Part shown: positions 17,653 through 27,276 of the stretch, one piece after another
Layout: every line of letters begins with the position of its first letter
How positions within the stretch are numbered: position 1 is the first letter of the stretch
NCBI GenBank assembly: GCA_937906475.1
Contig: CALCZA010000217.1
Location: forward strand, 17,844-81,843
Length of the DNA stretch: 64,000 bases
Origin: an uncultured bacterium
Lineage (GTDB): Bacteria > Planctomycetota > UBA1135 > UBA2386
Reading direction: 5' to 3'
Position numbers and translations under genes: made by a program
The notes under the pieces: model-generated
The model's input: only the letters and a program-made list of their open reading frames with translations
What the model was told of the DNA's origin: nothing
Databases searched by the model: none

Positions 17653-19758
17653 ATGAACAGCAAGAGCTTCGCCATTCCGGCCCTTCTAGCCACACTCGCT
17701 ACAGCGCAGAGCACCCCGCCACCGATCCCCGTCGAGCTTCGTGCCCGGTTCGGATTTACCGGACCGCTCGTGCACAAAGTCGGGGCTGGCATCCAATCGC
17801 TCAAAATCGGCGACATCAACGGTGATGGCCGCCTGGAAGCGGTGGTCTTTGACGGACGCCGTGCGCGATTGGTCGCAATCGGCGTCGTCAACGGCGCGAC
17901 CACCAACACGACGATTCCCACCGGCGGCCAGATCGCCGGCTTCGAACTCGCCGACTTTGCCGGCAACGGCCAAGCGCAAGCGCTAATCGTCAACACCCGC
18001 GGCTTGATGTCGTTGCGCAAGAAGGATGGCACCGAGGCCACCAAGCCAATCGATCTCGGCCTTGGCACGCGCGGTCTCAACATTGTGGCTGGCGACCTCA
18101 ACAACGATGGCAAGCAAGACATCGTCGCGTTGGCCGGCACCAAGATGCGCGTCGTGACGAACGTGGCCAGCACGCCCAAGTTGCTGCCCGTCGAGCCGAC
18201 CGAGGGCAACTTGGTCTCCGTCAACCTGGTCGACCTCGACGGCGACATGAACCTCGACATGACCTGCATCGCATCCAGCGGTCGCATGAACCTGCGCATG
18301 CGCCTCGGCAACGGCGACGGCACGTTCGGCGCCTGGCGAATCGCGACGGTCGACCAATTGCGTTCGGTGTTCGGCGGCAAGTTGGCCGACGGCACGCCAG
18401 TGATCGCCACAGTCGAAGGAGCCACACGCCGAGTCGCGATGCATCGCTACGCAGACCACGGCGACCTGGCGGCACCTCAGTGGTGGGCATTCGGCGAAGG
18501 CGATGGCACCAAGACGCCACCGTTCGCAATCGGCGACATCGACAACGACGGCGATGACGACGTCGTGATATTTCCCCGGCAAAACGCCCAAATGGTGGTC
18601 TACGCGTGGCAGAACGGCACATTTGAGCGAAGTCAGGTGCCATCGCTTTCCGGCGTCACATCGGTCGCAATCGGCGATGTCGACCAAGACGGCAAGAACG
18701 ATCTCGTGATCGCGAGCCCCGAAGAAGAAGTCGTCGCATGGTGCTCCGGGGCCCTGCCTCTGGACCGCTTCCCCGAGCAACTCCCATCGACGGATCTACC
18801 GGTAACCGTGACCGTGTCGCCGACAGGTGGTGTGCTCGCGTTGACCCGTGACAAACGACGCTCCGCCAAATTACTGCTAATCAAGAAGGACGCCGAACCA
18901 AAGACGTTGGTCGAGGTCGGCCGCCTAGCCGCGGATCCGGTGCGCATGATCGCTGCCGACGTTGGCGACACCGAAGGCATGGAGGTTTCGTTCGTCGTGC
19001 CAAGCGATGGCCTGCGCGCGCTAACGATCACCAGCGATGACCCTAAAAAGAACGCCAAGAAATCGACCGCTGGCTTCACCAAGAAGATGGTGGATGGATC
19101 GCTGGTGCTCGGACAACACAAAGGCAAGCCAGCACTGATCGCCGTCCGGGGTCGCTTCGTGCGCCGCTTTCGATTCGATGCCAAGAATCAGGTGCGCGTA
19201 CTCGATCAAAACAACGGCCCCGAAGGCGTCGCCGAGTTGTCGCTCGCGTGCGAACTCGGCGATGAGCAATGGATGTTCTTCGACAAGAAGAGCAACAAGC
19301 TGTTGCGCACACAGCCGGGCCAACCAGTCGCCAGCGCCGAAGTGCCACCACTCGGCTTCACCAACCTCGTGGCCCACAAGGGTGCGGCGCTGCTGATCAG
19401 TGCGCGCGGCATGCTGCGGGTCTCATTCGGCACCGGCCCCTCGCTGCGCCCAGTTGCGACCCACGAACCACCGACCGACCGCACCTATTACTGGTTCGGC
19501 AAAACCGGCGACTTCGACGGCGACGGCATCCCGGACCTAGCCATGGTCGACCGCCGCCTCCCTGGCATACAGATTCTCGCCGGCGGCAAGAATCGACTGA
19601 CCCGAGCCCTGGCAATCCCAGTATTTGAAACTCGCCCGAGCGAAAGTCCAGACAGCGAACCGCGTGCGTTGGCTACTGGTGACCTCGACGGCGACGGTTT
19701 GTGCGATCTCGTCCTCATCGCGCACGACCGCATCCTGATCTACCCGCAAGACAAGTAA
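17653..19758 (+). CDS. FG-GAP/VCBS repeat secreted protein (beta-propeller)
   Basis: Signal peptide MNSKSFAIPALLATLATAQS. At least 7 Ca-binding-type repeats: GDINGDGRLE, GDLNNDGKQD, VDLDGDMNLD, GDIDNDGDDD, GDVDQDGKND, GDFDGDGIPD, GDLDGDGLCD. Confidence 0.85.
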   Translation: MNSKSFAIPALLATLATAQSTPPPIPVELRARFGFTGPLVHKVGAGIQSLKIGDINGDGRLEAVVFDGRRARLVAIGVVNGATTNTTIPTGGQIAGFELADFAGNGQAQALIVNTRGLMSLRKKDGTEATKPIDLGLGTRGLNIVAGDLNNDGKQDIVALAGTKMRVVTNVASTPKLLPVEPTEGNLVSVNLVDLDGDMNLDMTCIASSGRMNLRMRLGNGDGTFGAWRIATVDQLRSVFGGKLADGTPVIATVEGATRRVAMHRYADHGDLAAPQWWAFGEGDGTKTPPFAIGDIDNDGDDDVVIFPRQNAQMVVYAWQNGTFERSQVPSLSGVTSVAIGDVDQDGKNDLVIASPEEEVVAWCSGALPLDRFPEQLPSTDLPVTVTVSPTGGVLALTRDKRRSAKLLLIKKDAEPKTLVEVGRLAADPVRMIAADVGDTEGMEVSFVVPSDGLRALTITSDDPKKNAKKSTAGFTKKMVDGSLVLGQHKGKPALIAVRGRFVRRFRFDAKNQVRVLDQNNGPEGVAELSLACELGDEQWMFFDKKSNKLLRTQPGQPVASAEVPPLGFTNLVAHKGAALLISARGMLRVSFGTGPSLRPVATHEPPTDRTYYWFGKTGDFDGDGIPDLAMVDRRLPGIQILAGGKNRLTRALAIPVFETRPSESPDSEPRALATGDLDGDGLCDLVLIAHDRILIYPQDK

Positions 19759-19766
19759 TTAACTCT

Positions 19767-21482
19767 ATGACTACCAAGCGAATAATGATGTTCGCCGCGC
19801 TCGGCGCGGTGTTGACGACTCTCCTCCCCGCGCAGACGACTGCCAGACCTTCCGGCAACCGTTTCATCCCAGAGAACTCGTCGCTCGTATTACGCATCGC
19901 GTCGCCGGCCAAGTGGCGCAAGCAATTCGGCCAAACCCAAGTCGCAATGCTTGGCGAAACCCAGTCGCTCGCACCAATCATGGGCATGCTTGGTCAGCAA
20001 TTGGAAATGAGCATCGACATGATGCGCGACAGCGGCATGTTCGACGCCGATCTCGCCGAAGCGCTACTCAACACGTGGATGGGCGACATCGTCGTCTCCG
20101 TGCAAGTCGACTGGGATGGCATGCTCGATGCGATGGACTACGGCGATGTCCCGCCGATGAGCATAGTTATCGCACTGAGTTCGGATGGCGATTTTGATCT
20201 CGGCGCTGTCGCTAAGGAGATCGATTCGTTCGTCGACAGAGAGGCGCCCGAAGGCGTGCTCAAGGACATGACCGTTGGCGACATAGCAATGCGCCGAGTC
20301 GACAACGGTGGCGACGTGCCGGACGTTGCGCTGCCGATGATGATCGATGGTCATCTCGTCATGCTCGTTGGCACCTCGATCGAGAAGGACGCGGCCAAGT
20401 TGATCAGCAACGAAGGGCGCTTCACTATTCAGAATACGGCGCCGCTGTTCATGCACGCCGATATCGGCCGCCTGATCAGGACGATGGTTGAAGCGGATTC
20501 TGGAGAGTCCCCGTTTGATCTGGCTGAAATGATGGATCTGATCGGCATCGGCGCACTTCAGAACCTGAGCATGAGCATCAAGCCGGATGGCACAACAGTC
20601 ACCGGCGAGGTGCATCTCGGCCTCTCCAAGAACAACCGCGGCTTCTTCGGCATGATGCCAAAGAGCAACCAGCAACCGAAACTGCTCGGTTCAGTCCCGC
20701 CAAACAGCGAGGCGTTCGCGGTCACGGCCATGGACATCAACGCGGTCATGACGATGATCCAGGACGTCTGGGGTCTCGCCGAAGACTTCACGCCAATGAC
20801 ATTTGATGACGCGATGGCCATGTTCACGGAAGCCACCACAGTCGATCTCAAGAAGGATCTACTCGACAACATCGGCAAGGAGTTTCTGACAGTTCAAGAT
20901 GCCGACGCGATGAAGAACATCGACATGGAAGAACTCGAAGACAATGCGTCAGCGATGTTCACGGGCAGCGTTTTCGGCCTCGCGCTAACTGACAGTGCGA
21001 AGTTCGACGTCGCGCTAAACAAGATCATCCGATCGCGTGGCATGCACGTTGGCCGCAAGACGGAGACCTACGCCAACGCCGAGATCCATCGCATGAAACT
21101 TCTGGGCATGCTCGACCTCGAGTATTCAGTAAATGACAACCTGTTGCTGGTCGGAATCGGCGGTAGCGAAGGCGCCAGCCGCGTCCTGCGCGACATCATT
21201 GACACCCGAGCCAGCGGCGACACGCAGTTGCCGGAGATGCTAACTAAGCGGGTCAGCGAACTGGCCCCGGGCTGGAACGGCATCGGCATCACCCCCATCG
21301 GCACGATGCTCGAAGGCATCATGATGGGCATGCAAGCAACCGGCGAGTTCGGTGAAGAGATGGACATGGCCACGCAAATCATGCGCGGCGTCGTCGCCGA
21401 CATGAAGCGCCTCGGCATTGGCTCGATCGTCCAGGCGTCGTATTGCGACGACAGCGGCTACACCAGCACCTTCCGCTGGTAA
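19767..21482 (+). CDS. Secreted Met-rich hypothetical protein (possibly DUF3352-like)
   Basis: The ATG at 19767 gives the signal MTTKRIMMFAALGAVLTTLLPAQT. By hand count there are ~47 Met in 571 aa. The family assignment is tentative. Confidence 0.75.
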   Translation: MTTKRIMMFAALGAVLTTLLPAQTTARPSGNRFIPENSSLVLRIASPAKWRKQFGQTQVAMLGETQSLAPIMGMLGQQLEMSIDMMRDSGMFDADLAEALLNTWMGDIVVSVQVDWDGMLDAMDYGDVPPMSIVIALSSDGDFDLGAVAKEIDSFVDREAPEGVLKDMTVGDIAMRRVDNGGDVPDVALPMMIDGHLVMLVGTSIEKDAAKLISNEGRFTIQNTAPLFMHADIGRLIRTMVEADSGESPFDLAEMMDLIGIGALQNLSMSIKPDGTTVTGEVHLGLSKNNRGFFGMMPKSNQQPKLLGSVPPNSEAFAVTAMDINAVMTMIQDVWGLAEDFTPMTFDDAMAMFTEATTVDLKKDLLDNIGKEFLTVQDADAMKNIDMEELEDNASAMFTGSVFGLALTDSAKFDVALNKIIRSRGMHVGRKTETYANAEIHRMKLLGMLDLEYSVNDNLLLVGIGGSEGASRVLRDIIDTRASGDTQLPEMLTKRVSELAPGWNGIGITPIGTMLEGIMMGMQATGEFGEEMDMATQIMRGVVADMKRLGIGSIVQASYCDDSGYTSTFRW

Positions 21483-21624
21483 GCCGCGGCAACCATTGCG
21501 TGCGACTGCAACCGCGCGCAACGGTTGCCCAAGCCAGGGGCACAGAGAGAGTCGGCACGGCTGGCAACGGCCCGCTCAGCGCCCTTGGTGGCTAGATCAC
21601 TGGGGCCCGGCTACAATTCGTCCC

Positions 21625-22857
21625 ATGGCTCGCACATGGTGGCTCAGCGCTTTATTGGTCACTGCGGTTAGCGCGCAGGAACCCGAAGCCATCTCACGCA
21701 CAAGCACGGCGGAGATGATGCGCATCCTCAACCGCCTTGAGCCCAAGGACGGCTGGGAAGCCACGCCGCCGGGAGTCGCGGACGATCAGTGGAGCTACTA
21801 CCGCAGTCAATTCGGCATGGCGCCCGAAGGCAACAAGCCCGATGTCACGCGCATCGGCTTAGGCCAACTACTGTTCTTCGACAAACGTCTATCGCGCGAC
21901 CGCACCCTTTCGTGCGCAACCTGTCACGATCCAAAGCACGGCTTCGCCGATGCACGGGTCAAGTCGATCGGGATCAACGGCCAATTAGCAGCACGCAACG
22001 CGCCAACCCTCATGAACGCTGGCTTGCAGCGCAGTTTCTTCTGGGACGGCCGCGCCAAGACGCTGGAAGCACAGGCCGCAGGCCCCATCCTGAACCCGAC
22101 CGAGATGGGCATGCCCAGCCGGGCTGCCGTCGTCGCGCGCGTTCGCGAAGTACCTGAGTACGCAGCGCTATTCGAGTTCGCCTACGGTCGCGCCCCAGAG
22201 TTCGAAGATATCGCACGCGCGCTCGCCGCGTTCCAACGCACGCTGGTATTCCTCGACTCCCCATTCGACGAATACCGCGCCGGGAAGAAAGATGCGATCT
22301 CCCCCGATGCGCAGGCCGGCTTCGAGTTGTTTCGCAAGCACTGCACGTCGTGCCACCCAGTCAACCTTCGCCAACCGCTGTTCTCCGACGGCAACTTCCA
22401 CAACGTCGGCATCGGCTTCGCAACCAACGATCACCAAAATCTCGCCCGCGAAGCCTTTCCAAAACTGCGCGCCGGTGACCGCGATGCTTCGATCGATACT
22501 TCGGAAGTTGTCAGCAAGTACGGCGAGCTCGGCCGCGCCTTGGTCACCAAGCTCGAATACCAAGTTGGCGCGTTCCGCACCGCGCCACTGCGCAACGTCG
22601 CGCTGACCGCCCCCTACATGCACGACGGTTCGCTCGAAACGCTGTGGGATGTGATCGACCACTACAACGAAGGCGGCACAAAGAACTCTTGGCAGGACCC
22701 GCAGATCATCATCCTTGGCTTGAGTAATATTGAGATTGACCAGGTCGTAGCGTTCTTGTTCAGCCTGACAGACAAGAGGCTGGCAGCGGAGAACCAGCGC
22801 GCCTACAAGGCGCAACGTCTACGCGTCACGCCACCGAAGACGAAAGCCGCGAAGTAA
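21625..22857 (+). CDS. Di-haem cytochrome c peroxidase (CCP/MauG family)
   Basis: The ATG at 21625 gives the signal MARTWWLSALLVTAVSAQ. There are two haem c motifs, CATCHD and CTSCHP, plus RNVALTAPYMHDGS, which is typical of CCP. Confidence 0.9.
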   Translation: MARTWWLSALLVTAVSAQEPEAISRTSTAEMMRILNRLEPKDGWEATPPGVADDQWSYYRSQFGMAPEGNKPDVTRIGLGQLLFFDKRLSRDRTLSCATCHDPKHGFADARVKSIGINGQLAARNAPTLMNAGLQRSFFWDGRAKTLEAQAAGPILNPTEMGMPSRAAVVARVREVPEYAALFEFAYGRAPEFEDIARALAAFQRTLVFLDSPFDEYRAGKKDAISPDAQAGFELFRKHCTSCHPVNLRQPLFSDGNFHNVGIGFATNDHQNLAREAFPKLRAGDRDASIDTSEVVSKYGELGRALVTKLEYQVGAFRTAPLRNVALTAPYMHDGSLETLWDVIDHYNEGGTKNSWQDPQIIILGLSNIEIDQVVAFLFSLTDKRLAAENQRAYKAQRLRVTPPKTKAAK

Positions 22858-22926
22858 CGCACGCCACAAGCCACTGAGTGAACGCTTGATCTGACTGGTA
22901 GTCGAACGCGCCGCACTCAATCGTGC

Positions 22927-24135
22927 TCATTCGGTGATTTCGCCAGGACCGCCGCCGATGCGCAACAGATCAAATCCTGGCACCACCGAAAAACGCTCTT
23001 CGAACACTTCACGAACGTGCGCAGCAACCTCATCGCGGTGGCCGGGCTGGATCAAGGCAATCGCACAACCGCCAAATCCCGCGCCTGTCAGGCGGGCACC
23101 AAACACGGCATCACAAGCGCGCGCCGCGTCGGTGATCACATCGAGTTCTTCGCAACTGACCTCGTAGTCGGTCGCGGTCGATATGTGACTGGCGTTGAGT
23201 TGGGCACCGAGGACGGCGTAGTCGTGCGCGCGCAATGCGGCGACGCCGGCGGCGATGCGCGCCATCTCGGTAACTACGTGGCGGGCACGGCGGTAAAGCA
23301 CGGGGTCCATCGTCGCTTCACACGACTCGAGTTCGGTGATTGAGAACGCGGCGAGATTTGGCAACTCGCGCACGTTCTTACACAGGACATCGTGCGCCGC
23401 AGCACATTGGGCAACGCGCTCATTGAAGCCACTGGCGGCGAGCTTACGCGGCTTCTCGGTGTTCATCACGAGCACTTCGCACGCATCCGGATCAAACGGA
23501 ACATGCTCCCATCGTGGACCCTGGCAACGCATCCACAACACGTGACCCGGCTGACCAAGTGCGGATGCGTATTGATCCATGATGCCGCAGCGCACGCCGA
23601 CGAAGTCATTCTCGGCTCGGTGGGCCATGCTGGCGATCTGTTCGCGACTGAGTCCAACGCTGTGAATTTCGTTGAGCGCCATCGCGGTAACGACTTCGAT
23701 GGCGGCGGAAGAAGACAGTCCAGACGCCATCGGCAAGTTGCCGGCAAAGACCGCGTCGAAGCCTAGGTTCAATCCGTGTTCACGTTGGAAGCTACGGAAG
23801 ATGCCAAGCGGGTAGCCGCCCCATGCCCAGTCGGGCTGCGCCTTGTCGCCGACTTCATCCACACGCACTTCGACTTCGAGTTCCTGGTCGATGCTGCGCA
23901 AACGAATGCGGCCATCATTGCGTAACCTGACGCCGGCGTAGATACCGCGATCGACCGCCATCGGCATGACATCGCCGCCGCTGTAGTCGAGGTGCGCGCC
24001 GACCAGGTTGATGCGCCCCGGGGCGAAGAAGTAACGCACCCCATTCGCGTTGGAGCCGTTGCCACGGTCCTGACAGAACCTCGCCTCGATGGCGTCGAGC
24101 AATCGCGTGCGTTCTGGCGCTGTCACAGAGATCAT
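22927..24135 (-). CDS. galK: Galactokinase
   Basis: GRINLVGAHLDYSGG (galactokinase signature), GHMP motif GLSSSAA, and GAGFGGC. Start chosen at the internal ATG 24135; the ORF is open to 24216. Confidence 0.9.
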   Translation of the reverse strand: MISVTAPERTRLLDAIEARFCQDRGNGSNANGVRYFFAPGRINLVGAHLDYSGGDVMPMAVDRGIYAGVRLRNDGRIRLRSIDQELEVEVRVDEVGDKAQPDWAWGGYPLGIFRSFQREHGLNLGFDAVFAGNLPMASGLSSSAAIEVVTAMALNEIHSVGLSREQIASMAHRAENDFVGVRCGIMDQYASALGQPGHVLWMRCQGPRWEHVPFDPDACEVLVMNTEKPRKLAASGFNERVAQCAAAHDVLCKNVRELPNLAAFSITELESCEATMDPVLYRRARHVVTEMARIAAGVAALRAHDYAVLGAQLNASHISTATDYEVSCEELDVITDAARACDAVFGARLTGAGFGGCAIALIQPGHRDEVAAHVREVFEERFSVVPGFDLLRIGGGPGEITE

Positions 24136-24383
24136 CGAACTCTCATGGTGCCCTGGGCGCAAGCAACGTTGGCCACCGAGAAACATCGGCCTCGCGGTTG
24201 GGATGGCGAAAATCATGTCCGCATCAACCTCTACCCCGACTCAACCCGGCGCTGATCAGGTTCGTGGTCAGCGGAATCGACGGCTTGTCCACAGACGAGG
24301 CCTGTTCCCTCAAGACAAGGAGTTATGCTGCCGAGCGGACATATAGGTGTGACGCTCTCGCTACCGCCTGCTATTGCCATTCG

Positions 24384-25490
24384 ATGCTCATGTTGACCCG
24401 CCACTTTTCCGTCGCCTGTCTCACCCTTGGCCTATGCCTTGCGGCATCCGCCCAAGAATCGGCAGCCCCCGCCAAACCAGTTTCTGACAAGAACCACGGA
24501 CTGGCGACCGATCAGGGACCGCACTTCGTCGTGCGGCGCTACCCACAAGATAAGGACAAGGCGGTCGCCGTTGTTGGCAAGAAGACCCTGACGCTCGGCA
24601 ATCTCGTCGACCACATCGACGCGCGCCACTACCCAGGCTTCAAGAATCTGGTAGAGAATGAGCCGTCGTTCCAACGCTACCTACAGTCCGACTTGATCGC
24701 GCCGTGGGTGCGGCAGTTCGCGGACATGGAAGCGATCCGCCAGGGTCTTGGCGACATTCTGATCGACCCAGTTGACCTGGAGAAGGCGCAGTCCAAGTCG
24801 TTGAAGGCGAACTTTGAGAATTACCTCGGTCGGGAAATCGAGAACCGACGCTTGCAGGGCCGACCAGAGCCGTCACAGGCTCGCGTCAACAGCATGCTCG
24901 CTGAGTTCCAACTGAAGCGCGGCTTGGGCGCCGAACTGCAGGGCATGCTCAACTTGATCGAGCCGCAGGATTACACACGCAAGCAGCTCCGTGACTTCTT
25001 CAACGCCAACCCGCGCTTCATGGGCGGTCAGGTCACGATCCAACACTTGCTGATCCAACATCGCGATGGCGGCACCGGCATCCTGCTCAAGACGGATGGC
25101 ATTGCGCGCGCCAACAGCCGCATCGCTGAAGTAAAGGCGCGGCTGCGACCCGATGGCTCCAACTTCGCGGATCTAGTGCGGCAGTTCTCTGATGACACGC
25201 GCACAGCCAAGACCGGCGGGGAACTACCGGGAGTGCATCGCTTCGACGATCGCTTGCCAGCGACGCTGTGCCGCGCCGCATGGTCGATCCAAGATGGCCA
25301 GTGCATGACCGACGTCATCGAGACGCAATACGGCTACCACTTCATCAAACGACTGTCGTTCAACCAGCCGATCTTCATCCTGTTTACCGATGATGCGATC
25401 CCGTCGATTCGCATTGTGATGCGACGCGCGATGCAAGAGCGGCTACTGCTTGGTGCGCGCAAGAAGACTGGGCGGCGATTGTTGATGTAG
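24384..25490 (+). CDS. Parvulin-type peptidyl-prolyl isomerase (SurA/PpiD-like), secreted
   Basis: The ATG at 24384 gives the signal MLMLTRHFSVACLTLGLCLAASAQ. Parvulin domain: IQHLLIQH...FADLVRQFSDD...GGELPG...YGYHFIKR. Confidence 0.8.
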   Translation: MLMLTRHFSVACLTLGLCLAASAQESAAPAKPVSDKNHGLATDQGPHFVVRRYPQDKDKAVAVVGKKTLTLGNLVDHIDARHYPGFKNLVENEPSFQRYLQSDLIAPWVRQFADMEAIRQGLGDILIDPVDLEKAQSKSLKANFENYLGREIENRRLQGRPEPSQARVNSMLAEFQLKRGLGAELQGMLNLIEPQDYTRKQLRDFFNANPRFMGGQVTIQHLLIQHRDGGTGILLKTDGIARANSRIAEVKARLRPDGSNFADLVRQFSDDTRTAKTGGELPGVHRFDDRLPATLCRAAWSIQDGQCMTDVIETQYGYHFIKRLSFNQPIFILFTDDAIPSIRIVMRRAMQERLLLGARKKTGRRLLM

Positions 25491-25519
25491 GCGTTTCGGA
25501 CTGGTGGCTACAGGGTGGC

Positions 25520-25816
25520 TTACGATCCAGAGGTGGCGTTCTGCCACGTCCACCACAGAAGGCCCCAGAACGGATTGATCACGGTCCACATGACTGCGTA
25601 GCGTCGGAACGGCTGCTTGATGGTTTTGTGCCGGAACCACGACATGGCCAGCCATGCGCCGACCCATCCGGTCCAGAACAACATCCACAGCAGAGTACGT
25701 TCTGGAATGCGGCGACCTTGCCGCTTGCTAGTCACCTTGTCCCAACCAAACGCGGCGAGCGTCAGCACATTCCAGAGCAGGACAAGGCTCCATAACAGTT
25801 CCGGCATGGGCGGCAT
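25520..25816 (-). CDS. DUF1294 family membrane protein
   Basis: 98 aa: LAAFGWDKVTSKRQGRRIPERTLLWMLFWTGWVGAWLAMSWFRHKT matches the DUF1294 pattern. Confidence 0.8.
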   Translation of the reverse strand: MPPMPELLWSLVLLWNVLTLAAFGWDKVTSKRQGRRIPERTLLWMLFWTGWVGAWLAMSWFRHKTIKQPFRRYAVMWTVINPFWGLLWWTWQNATSGS

Positions 25817-25845
25817 CTTAGCCAGCGGATAGGCTCACCGCCTGC

Positions 25846-27054
25846 ATGGCAGTAACTCCAAACGACATCGAACAGGCCCACGAGGCAATTCGTGATCACG
25901 TCCTGCGTACCCCAACGGTCTCGGCGCCGCGACTAGGCGAACCACTCAACGTGCGGTTGTGGCTTAAACTGGAGAACCTGCAGTACACCGGTTCGTTCAA
26001 AGATCGCGGCAGTTGCCACAAGTTGCAGATGCTCGTGGCATCAGACAACCCGCCGACGGGGGTAATCGCGGCCTCGGCTGGCAACCATGCCCAAGGTGTT
26101 GCCTACCACGCCCGGCGCCTCGGTTTGCCGGCGACGATCGTGATGCCGCTGACGACACCGTTCGCCAAGGTTGAGCGCACCGAAGGTCACGGCGCCAAGG
26201 TCGTGTTGTGGGGTGAGTCGGTTGCTGAGTGCACCGATCACGCCAAACAACTCGCCCAACAGAGCGGGCAGGTGTTTGTGCATCCTTACGATGACGAACA
26301 AATCGTCGCCGGACAAGGCACGACCGCGCTTGAGATGCTCGAAGACGCGCCCCAACTCGACATGCTGGTCGTACCCATCGGCGGCGGCGGACTGTGTTCC
26401 GGCATGGCTATTTGGGCCAAGCACGTCAACCCGAGCATCCGCATTTTTGGTGTGCAGACGGAAGGCTGCCCGTCGATGCACGCAGCACTGCGCGGCGACC
26501 CCGCGCCGAAGTTCAACACCCATACGCTAGCCGACGGTATTGCGGTCAAAGCACCGGGCGCAATACCGATGAAGATCCTGGAGGAACACCTCGAAGACGT
26601 ACTGCTGGTCAGCGAAGCCGACATCGAAAACGCCGTGCAGATGCTGGCGGCGCAACAGAAGATCGTCGCAGAGGGAGCCGGCGCCGCCGGCTTCGCTGCG
26701 ATACTGCGTCACCCGCAGATATTTGAGAACCGCGATGTCGGCACCGTGATCTGCGGCGGCAACATCGACCGCCGCATGTTGTCGACAGTGCTGCTGCGAG
26801 GACTCAAGCGCGACGGCAAGATCGCGAAGCTGCGCATCCAAATTCACGACGTGCCGGGCGTTCTATCGCGCGTGACACAGATGATTGGTGCGGCCGGCGC
26901 CGATGTAATCGATATCGAGCACCAGCGACTATTCAACAAGTTGGCCCCGCGCGAAGCCGAACTCCACGTCGTAATGGAAACGAAGGGAGCACAACACGTC
27001 GAGAGGATCCTGGCGCAACTGCGGCAAGCGAACTTCCCGGCTGAGACGATCTGA
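25846..27054 (+). CDS. ilvA: Threonine ammonia-lyase (threonine dehydratase), short form with C-terminal ACT-like domain
   Basis: PLP-lysine motif YTGSFKDRG, ASAGNHAQGVAY and GGGGLCSG. The ~80-aa C-terminal region is a regulatory domain. Confidence 0.9.
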   Translation: MAVTPNDIEQAHEAIRDHVLRTPTVSAPRLGEPLNVRLWLKLENLQYTGSFKDRGSCHKLQMLVASDNPPTGVIAASAGNHAQGVAYHARRLGLPATIVMPLTTPFAKVERTEGHGAKVVLWGESVAECTDHAKQLAQQSGQVFVHPYDDEQIVAGQGTTALEMLEDAPQLDMLVVPIGGGGLCSGMAIWAKHVNPSIRIFGVQTEGCPSMHAALRGDPAPKFNTHTLADGIAVKAPGAIPMKILEEHLEDVLLVSEADIENAVQMLAAQQKIVAEGAGAAGFAAILRHPQIFENRDVGTVICGGNIDRRMLSTVLLRGLKRDGKIAKLRIQIHDVPGVLSRVTQMIGAAGADVIDIEHQRLFNKLAPREAELHVVMETKGAQHVERILAQLRQANFPAETI

Positions 27055-27276
27055 TGCATGCTTTGCCTTTCAGCACCCCGAGGTGCGACGCAGCACTTCA
27101 AGCTCTTCGCTGACCGGATCGAAGCTCAGGCGGTCGCCATACCAAACCCGGCCGTCGCGCTGGATGTGTAGTTCCAACCACGCGGCATCGTGCAATCGGC
27201 CCACGCGAACCATGACACCCGCAGCTTCCGTGAGACCATCACTTGCCTCTGAGCCACTAGCGGGCAACCTGTTCTT

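Noticed and set aside
17550-18780. 291-aa and 265-aa minus-strand ORFs inside the FG-GAP gene
   Set aside because: The plus-strand frame carries seven canonical FG-GAP Ca-binding repeats. The antisense ORFs are compositional artefacts.
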